The position numbers and the translations under genes were made by a program. Shown here piece by piece: positions 6,539 to 11,675 of a stretch of DNA of 11,675 nt. This DNA comes from Chthoniobacteraceae bacterium (GTDB lineage: Bacteria > Verrucomicrobiota > Verrucomicrobiia > Chthoniobacterales > Chthoniobacteraceae), in assembly GCA_040081625.1 (NCBI GenBank), contig JBEBGD010000143.1:1-11675 (forward strand), given 5' to 3'. The stretch's first letter is position 1; every line of letters begins with the position of its first letter. The notes under the pieces are model-generated. The model saw only the letters and a program-made list of their open reading frames with translations. It had not been told where the DNA came from and ran no database searches.

Positions 6539-7111
6539 TTACGCGCATCGCATCTTCACAAATCGAAAGCGCTCGTCGTAGCGCCCGCTGCTGTGCTTGC
6601 GGCAGCAGGCGAGGCAGGCAGTGGCGCGGCGGAAGGGGCGCACGCGTCGGATCTCCGACTCGCACGACGGGCAGCGATACGCGTGGCGACGCTCGACCGT
6701 GCGACGCGGCAGCGGCAGCGTGTGGCAGCGCTTTTCGTCGTTCAGGCCGAGGTCCGTGCAGGCGCGACGCCATTCGCGGCCATGCGGCGCGATCTTCCGA
6801 CGACCGACACGATGGTGCGCGAGCAGGTGCGCGAGTTCGTGGCGCAGCGTGCGATCGATCTCGTCGTCGCCGAACTCACGGAGCCGCGGATTAAGTTTGA
6901 TCATCGCGGTCTTCGGATACGCCATGCCTGCCGTGCTCCGCATCCGGCTGCTCCAGCACACGCGAACGCGGCCCGCGAGTTCCGCATATCCCATCGGCAT
7001 GAGCCAGTCGCCGCAGCGCGCGGTGAGCTCGGCATCGGCACCTTCCGGAAGCGCGACGGGCTTCGGCTTGAGGCGCTCGATGAGGCGCGAGAAAAAATCG
7101 AGCTGGCTCAT
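6539..7111 (-). CDS. SprT-like zinc metalloprotease with C-terminal zinc ribbon, 190 aa
   Basis: ATG at 7111 overlaps the desulfurase stop (ATGA). Motifs WSSRMRSTAG, IKLNPRL, TLRHELAH (HExxH), PHGREW and YRCPSC...CLACC. Confidence 0.9.
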   Translation of the reverse strand: MSQLDFFSRLIERLKPKPVALPEGADAELTARCGDWLMPMGYAELAGRVRVCWSSRMRSTAGMAYPKTAMIKLNPRLREFGDDEIDRTLRHELAHLLAHHRVGRRKIAPHGREWRRACTDLGLNDEKRCHTLPLPRRTVERRHAYRCPSCESEIRRVRPFRRATACLACCRKHSSGRYDERFRFVKMRCA

Positions 7112-8232
7112 GCCGCGGCGGCCAGGCGCGCGAAGACGCCGCCCATCCGCACTAGCGCCTCGTCGATTTCGGATTCGGTCGTCGGCTTGCCGAGCGAGAA
7201 GCGGACGGTCGCGCCCGCGATCTCCGGCGCGACGCCCATCGCGAGCAGGACGTGCGAAGGCACGACCGAGCCGACCATGCACGCACTGCCGCTGCTCGCC
7301 GCGATGCCCGCGAGATCGAGCGCCATGAGCAGGCCCTCGCCGTCGAGTCCGGGGAAACTGACGTTGAGCGTGTTTGCGAGCGAGTCCGCCGGGTCGCCAT
7401 TGCGGATCGCTCCGGGAAAGAGTCGCAGCACGCCGGACCACAGCCGCTCGCGCAGCGCGGCTTGCCGCTCCGCGTCGAAATCCCGCGCCGCGACTTCCGC
7501 GGCTGCGGCCATGCCAGCGATGGCGGCGACGTTCTCGGTGCCGGGCCGGCGCTCATTCTCGTGCGAGCCGCCGTGCTGGAGCCGGTCGAGATTCAGCCCC
7601 GTGCGCAGATACAAAACGCCAGCGCCTTTCGGTCCGTGAAACTTGTGAGCGGCGAGCGAGAGCGCGTCGAAGTCCGCCGCGCGCAGCGGCTCCTTCCCGA
7701 AGGACTGGATCGCGTCGGTGTGAAACAACACGCCGCGCTCTCGGCACAGCGCGCCGATCTCGCGGACTGGCTGGCGGGTGCCGGTCTCGTTGTTCGCCGT
7801 CATGATTGAGACGAGCGCCGTGTCAGGCGCGAGCGCCTCCGCGACCTGCTCCGGCGCGACGCGCCCGGCGCGATCGACCGGCAGCACCGTGAGGCGGAAG
7901 CCCTCGCGCTTGCGAAGATGCTCGCACGCATGGAGCACGGCGTGATGCTCGGTCGCGCAGGTGATGACATGCCTCCACTGCCCCGCCCGTGCGAGCCCGA
8001 GAATGGCGAGGTTGTCGCTCTCGGTGCCGCCGCCGGTGAAGATAATCTCGTGCGGCTTCGCCCCGAGCAGCCGCGCGATACGGTCGCGCGCGTCGTCGAT
8101 CGCCGCACGCGCCTCGCGTCCCGCGGCGTGGATGCTCGACGGATTGCCGAAGTGCTCCTCGAGAAATGGCCGCATCGCCGCGCGTGCTTCGGGCGCGAGC
8201 GGAGTGGTGGCGTTGTAGTCGAGGTAGATCAT
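7108..8232 (-). CDS. iscS: Group I (IscS/NifS-type) PLP-dependent cysteine desulfurase, 374 aa
   Basis: MIYLDYNATTP, GNPSSIH, FTGGGTESDN, HTDAIQ, SLAAHKFHGPKG (PLP lysine), RPGTEN and SSGSAC (catalytic Cys). ATG at 8232 is preferred over GTG at 8244. Confidence 0.93.
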   Translation of the reverse strand: MIYLDYNATTPLAPEARAAMRPFLEEHFGNPSSIHAAGREARAAIDDARDRIARLLGAKPHEIIFTGGGTESDNLAILGLARAGQWRHVITCATEHHAVLHACEHLRKREGFRLTVLPVDRAGRVAPEQVAEALAPDTALVSIMTANNETGTRQPVREIGALCRERGVLFHTDAIQSFGKEPLRAADFDALSLAAHKFHGPKGAGVLYLRTGLNLDRLQHGGSHENERRPGTENVAAIAGMAAAAEVAARDFDAERQAALRERLWSGVLRLFPGAIRNGDPADSLANTLNVSFPGLDGEGLLMALDLAGIAASSGSACMVGSVVPSHVLLAMGVAPEIAGATVRFSLGKPTTESEIDEALVRMGGVFARLAAAA

Positions 8233-8240
8233 CGGCGGGC

Positions 8241-8300
8241 GCACTAATGCACCAAGCCACTCGCGACTTCCAAAGACTTCCCTCGCTCGTGCATTAGTGC
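8241..8300. promoter_or_regulatory. Perfect 12-bp inverted repeat in the divergent intergenic region (candidate operator or symmetric promoter)
   Basis: GCACTAATGCAC (8241-8252) and GTGCATTAGTGC (8289-8300), with a 36-bp spacer containing GACTTCC twice (8265, 8275). Confidence 0.55.
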
Positions 8301-8311
8301 ATCACTGTCCC

Positions 8312-9787
8312 ATGCCTTCCCTCACCCGCCGCCATTTCCTCCATCTCTCCGGTCTCGCCGCGCTCTCCGCACACGCGATCGAACCCTTCAACCGTAAAGG
8401 CGCGCCGCGGCTGCGGCTGAGCCTCGCGGCGTATTCCTTCCGCGAGTATTTCAAGGACGCGACGAGCAAGCGGAAGACTGAAGTAGCGCGCACGCTCGAT
8501 ATGGCGGGCTTCATCGACTACTGCGCGGAGCAAGGCTGCGACGGTGCCGAACTGACGAGCTACTTCTTCCCGAAGGACGTGACCCGCGAGCAACTGCGCG
8601 CCGTCCAGCGGCACGCCTTCCTGCGCGGCGTCTCCATCAGCGGCACGGCAGTGGGGAATAATTTCGCGCGCGCAAAAGGGCCGGAGCTCGACAAGGAAAT
8701 CGCCGACACCAAGCGCTGGATCGACAACGCCGCGGTGCTCGGCGCGCCGCACATCCGCGTCTTCGCCGGCGCGGCGCCGAAAGGCACGCCGCTCGACGAG
8801 GCGACGCGCAACTGCATCGCCGCGCTCGAGGAGTGCGCCGCATACGCGGGCCAGCACGGGATTTTCCTCGGGATCGAAAACCACGGCGGCATCGTCGCCG
8901 AACCCGAGCAACTCCTCGCGATCGTGAAGGCCGTGAAGTCGCCCTGGGTCGGCATCAATCTCGACACCGGCAATTTCCACACCGCCGATCCCTACGCCGA
9001 TCTCGCGAAGTGCGCACCCTACTCGGTGAACGTGCAGGTGAAGGTCGAGATAAAGCCCGCGGGCGCGAAGGAAAGCGTGCCGTCCGATCTGCCGCGGATC
9101 GCGCAGATCCTGCGCGACGCGAATTACCAGGGCTGGGTCGTCCTCGAATACGAGGCCGCCGAGGATCCCTACAAGGCCGTGCCCGCGTGGCTCGCGAAGA
9201 TGAAGCCGCTGCTCGCCGGCACCGGCGCCGCGCCGGATGGCCAGGCGCTTTTCGACGGCAAGACGCTCAAGGGCTGGAAGCCGACGCAGTTCGGCGCCGA
9301 CGGGGAAGTGAAGGTCGAGGATGGGAAGATCGTGCTCGGCATGGGCGAGCCGCTCACCGGCATCACCTTCGCCAGCGAGCCGCCGGCGCGGATGAACTAC
9401 GAGATTTCGCTCGAGGGAATGAAGATCGCGGGCGACGACTTTTTCTGCGCGCTCACGGTGCCGGTCGGCAAGGAGTGCGGCACGCTCGTGCTCGGCGGCT
9501 GGGGCGGCGCGCTCATCGGCTTCTCGAGCATCGACGACCTCGACGCGTCCGAAAACTCGACCACGCAGTTCAAGAAGTTCGACAAGGACAAGTGGTATCA
9601 GATCCGCCTGCGCGTGACGCCCGCGAAGATCGAGGCGTGGATCGATGGCGAGCAGTGGATCAATGCCGACATCGACGGAAAGAAGGTCTCGATGCGCCCA
9701 GGCGAGATCGAGATGTCGATGCCGCTGGGCATCGCGTCCTTCCGGACCGCATCGGCGTTCCGCAACATCACCTTCCGCAAGCTCTAG
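8312..9787 (+). CDS. Tat-exported fusion: sugar phosphate isomerase/epimerase TIM barrel (AP_endonuc_2) + DUF1080-like (3-keto-disaccharide hydrolase family) domain, 491 aa
   Basis: Tat signal MPSLTRRHFL...AHA. TIM motifs LSLAAYSFR, IRVFAG, IENHGG, NLDTGNF and VLEYE. The second domain starts at ~9245 (ALFDGKTLKGW...WYQIRLRVT...FRNITFRKL). Confidence 0.88.
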   Translation: MPSLTRRHFLHLSGLAALSAHAIEPFNRKGAPRLRLSLAAYSFREYFKDATSKRKTEVARTLDMAGFIDYCAEQGCDGAELTSYFFPKDVTREQLRAVQRHAFLRGVSISGTAVGNNFARAKGPELDKEIADTKRWIDNAAVLGAPHIRVFAGAAPKGTPLDEATRNCIAALEECAAYAGQHGIFLGIENHGGIVAEPEQLLAIVKAVKSPWVGINLDTGNFHTADPYADLAKCAPYSVNVQVKVEIKPAGAKESVPSDLPRIAQILRDANYQGWVVLEYEAAEDPYKAVPAWLAKMKPLLAGTGAAPDGQALFDGKTLKGWKPTQFGADGEVKVEDGKIVLGMGEPLTGITFASEPPARMNYEISLEGMKIAGDDFFCALTVPVGKECGTLVLGGWGGALIGFSSIDDLDASENSTTQFKKFDKDKWYQIRLRVTPAKIEAWIDGEQWINADIDGKKVSMRPGEIEMSMPLGIASFRTASAFRNITFRKL

Positions 9788-10699
9788 GTGACTCTCCGCG
9801 CGACCGCAGCGCTGCTGGCCCTCGCGGCCACCAGCCACGCGTGGGATCTCGCCGGGCACATGCTCGTCGGCGAGATCGCGTGGCAATCGAGCACGCCCGC
9901 CGTTCGCGAGCGGGTGACGGAGTTGGTGCGCGACCTCGACACGACCTTCTCCGGCGGGCAGCGATACAACTTCGTCACCGCTGGCGCGTGGCTCGACGAC
10001 ATGCGCGCACAAGGCCGCAAATACGAGTGGGGCAAGTGGCACTACGTGGACATCGCAAAGACCGACGACGGCGCCGCCTTCGCGCTGCCCGAGCCGCCGC
10101 ACGTCGTGTGGGCGATCGGCGAGTCGCTGAAAAAGCTGCGCGACCCGAAGACTCCGCGCGCGGAGCGAGTCGCGGCGCTCGGCACGCTCATGCACTGCGC
10201 GGGCGACATCCACCAACCGCTGCACGCCTGCACGTGGGACGACCGCGGCGGCAACGGCTACCTCCTCGGCGGGGTCGCCTTCGCCGATCTCTACAAGGGC
10301 GGGCGCGGCAATCTGCACGCGTTTTGGGACGAGTCATATCGCGTCGAGGCGCGCGATGGCAGGATCGTCGAGACCTTCATCACTCCGCCGATCACCTCGC
10401 GGCCCGCGCCGGCAGACGGCGGAGTGATCGCGACTGCGGCGAAGCAGATCGCCGCCGAGTTTTCTGCAGAGGCGCTCGCGGCGGAATCCCGCGTGCTCGA
10501 CCCGGTCGCGTGGGCGCGCGAAAGCCATGTCCTCGGCTGCACGAAGGCGTATCCGCCCGGCCCGCATCCGGGCGACAACGTGGTGCGCACGCTCGCGCCG
10601 GAGTTTGCGACCATGGCGCGGGAGATCGGCGCCCGGCGCGTGGCGCTCGCCGGCTACCGGCTGGCGCGGGTGCTCGAAGACCTCTTCGGCAAGCCGTAG
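9788..10699 (+). CDS. Secreted S1/P1-family nuclease, 303 aa
   Basis: The signal peptide ends at SHA and mature Trp1 follows (WDLAGH). Zinc-ligand motifs [18 protein letters not shown] and NLHAFWD, plus DRGGN and AGYRLA. Confidence 0.93.
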   Translation: MTLRATAALLALAATSHAWDLAGHMLVGEIAWQSSTPAVRERVTELVRDLDTTFSGGQRYNFVTAGAWLDDMRAQGRKYEWGKWHYVDIAKTDDGAAFALPEPPHVVWAIGESLKKLRDPKTPRAERVAALGTLMHCAGDIHQPLHACTWDDRGGNGYLLGGVAFADLYKGGRGNLHAFWDESYRVEARDGRIVETFITPPITSRPAPADGGVIATAAKQIAAEFSAEALAAESRVLDPVAWARESHVLGCTKAYPPGPHPGDNVVRTLAPEFATMAREIGARRVALAGYRLARVLEDLFGKP

Positions 10700-10751
10700 C
10701 CCCGGCTGCGACTTGCGCGCTCCGCCTTTCCGGCGTCGAGTGCGCGCGTCC

Positions 10752-11510
10752 ATGGAAACCGCCACGCCAGCGCACTCCGCACCGCCGCTCGACGAGCGCG
10801 ATGGCAGCGACCCGCTCTTCCGGGTGCGCGACCTCTCGAAGATCTACACGAGCGGCGAAGTCGAAGTGCGCGCGCTCGACGGCGTGGACCTCGATCTTTA
10901 CAGCGGCGAACTCATCGTGCTGCTCGGCGCGTCGGGCAGCGGAAAATCCACGCTGCTCAATCTGCTCGGCGGCCTCGACGTGCCGACCGCGGGCACGATC
11001 AGCTATCGCGGCGCCGACCTCACCACCGCGACCGAGGATGAACTCACGCAGTTCCGCCGCGACTCTGTCGGCTTCATCTTCCAGTTCTACAATCTCATCC
11101 CGAGCCTCACGGGCCGGGAGAATGTCGCGCTCATCACCGAGATTTCGCGCGAGCCGATGACGCCAGAGGACGCGCTCGCGCTCGTGGATCTCGCCGACCG
11201 GATGGATCACTTCCCATCGCAGATGTCCGGCGGCCAGCAGCAGCGCGTGGCCATCGCGCGCGCGATTGCGAAACGGCCCGAGGTGCTCCTCTGCGACGAA
11301 CCGACCGGCGCGCTCGACGTGAAGACGGGCATCACCGTGCTCGAGGCGATCGAGAAGGTGAACCTCGAGCTCGGCACGCTCACGGTCGTCATCACGCACA
11401 ACGCGATCATCGCCGACATGGCCGACCGCGTGATCCATCTCTCCGACGGTCAGATCATCGACATCCAGCGCAACCGCACGCGCCGACCCGTGCGCACGCT
11501 GGCTTGGTGA
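10752..11510 (+). CDS. ABC transporter ATP-binding protein, LolD/MacB-like, 252 aa
   Basis: Walker [19 protein letters not shown], signature [14 protein letters not shown], Walker [12 protein letters not shown] and H-loop VITH. ATG at 10752 avoids overlap with the nuclease. Confidence 0.95.
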   Translation: METATPAHSAPPLDERDGSDPLFRVRDLSKIYTSGEVEVRALDGVDLDLYSGELIVLLGASGSGKSTLLNLLGGLDVPTAGTISYRGADLTTATEDELTQFRRDSVGFIFQFYNLIPSLTGRENVALITEISREPMTPEDALALVDLADRMDHFPSQMSGGQQQRVAIARAIAKRPEVLLCDEPTGALDVKTGITVLEAIEKVNLELGTLTVVITHNAIIADMADRVIHLSDGQIIDIQRNRTRRPVRTLAW

Positions 11511-11571
11511 TGGAAGCGCGCATCTCAAGCCCCGCACGGCATTGCGGAGCGAACACCGCCGACTATTTGCT

Positions 11572-11675
11572 GGTCGCGGAGCGACCCTGTGAACGTAGCC
11601 GTGGGCTTCAGCCCACGGACCCGTCCAGCGTGGCGCCACGTCGCGTAGCGACGGCTGAGTGCACACGCTCAACCG
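11572..11675. repeat. REPIN-like composite palindromic element, copy 2 (left arm; truncated by the window end)
   Basis: GGTCGCGGAGCGACC (11572-11586), GTAGCCGTGGGCTTCAGCCCACGG (11595-11618, identical to copy 1), CGTCGCGTAGCGACGGCTGA (11639-11658), a 10-nt loop, then TCAACCG, which starts the return arm as in copy 1. Confidence 0.9.

Noticed and set aside
6193..6773. ORFs crossing the intergenic repeat (6193..6483 +, 6237..6773 -, and the start of 6428..7639 +)
   Set aside because: They translate the palindromic element (VAVGFSPR / PWAEAHGY peptides recur at copy 2) and show no coding signal.
9785..9790. In-frame TAG|GTG junction suggesting amber readthrough into the nuclease
   Set aside because: The nuclease has its own signal peptide and needs a free N-terminal Trp for zinc binding. 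TAG is an ordinary stop elsewhere in the window (2218, 3546, 10699).
10692..10751. Short hairpin AGCCG-TAGCCC-CGGCT at the nuclease stop, and GAGTGC 8 nt before the ABC start (echoing TAGTGC before iscS)
   Set aside because: A 5-bp stem without a U-tract and a 5-nt motif match are too weak to call a terminator, REP or promoter.
8294..11160. Very long alternative ORFs 8294..10318 (-, 674 aa) and 8833..11160 (+, 775 aa)
   Set aside because: They are shadow frames over well-supported genes, Arg/Ala-rich and without motifs. This is expected from stop-codon scarcity at high GC.

Overview
High-GC bacterial window; the gene content and the lack of Shine-Dalgarno motifs suggest PVC superphylum, possibly Verrucomicrobiota (inference). 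From left to right it contains: the 3' part of a large repeat surface protein (92-aa Ig/cadherin-like repeats plus a duplicated NDTG-W/REGD repeat domain); ychF with a translationally coupled 53-aa Cys-rich microprotein; a minus-strand block of a group I cysteine desulfurase, a SprT-like metalloprotease, a REPIN-like palindromic element, an HdrA-N-like Cys protein, a 2x[4Fe-4S] ferredoxin-domain protein and a secreted sulfatase-family enzyme; and, divergently, a Tat-exported TIM-barrel/DUF1080 fusion, an S1/P1 nuclease, a LolD/MacB-type ABC ATPase and a second, truncated copy of the palindromic element. Two candidates for novelty stand out. (i) An Fe-S gene pair in one reading frame, where the ferredoxin's N-terminus looks like a Cys-less paralog of its upstream partner, coupled to a sulfatase with an atypical active site. 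(ii) A modular GTAG-REP element built from GC-GNA-GC mini-hairpins with fixed-length variable spacers and compensatory changes.
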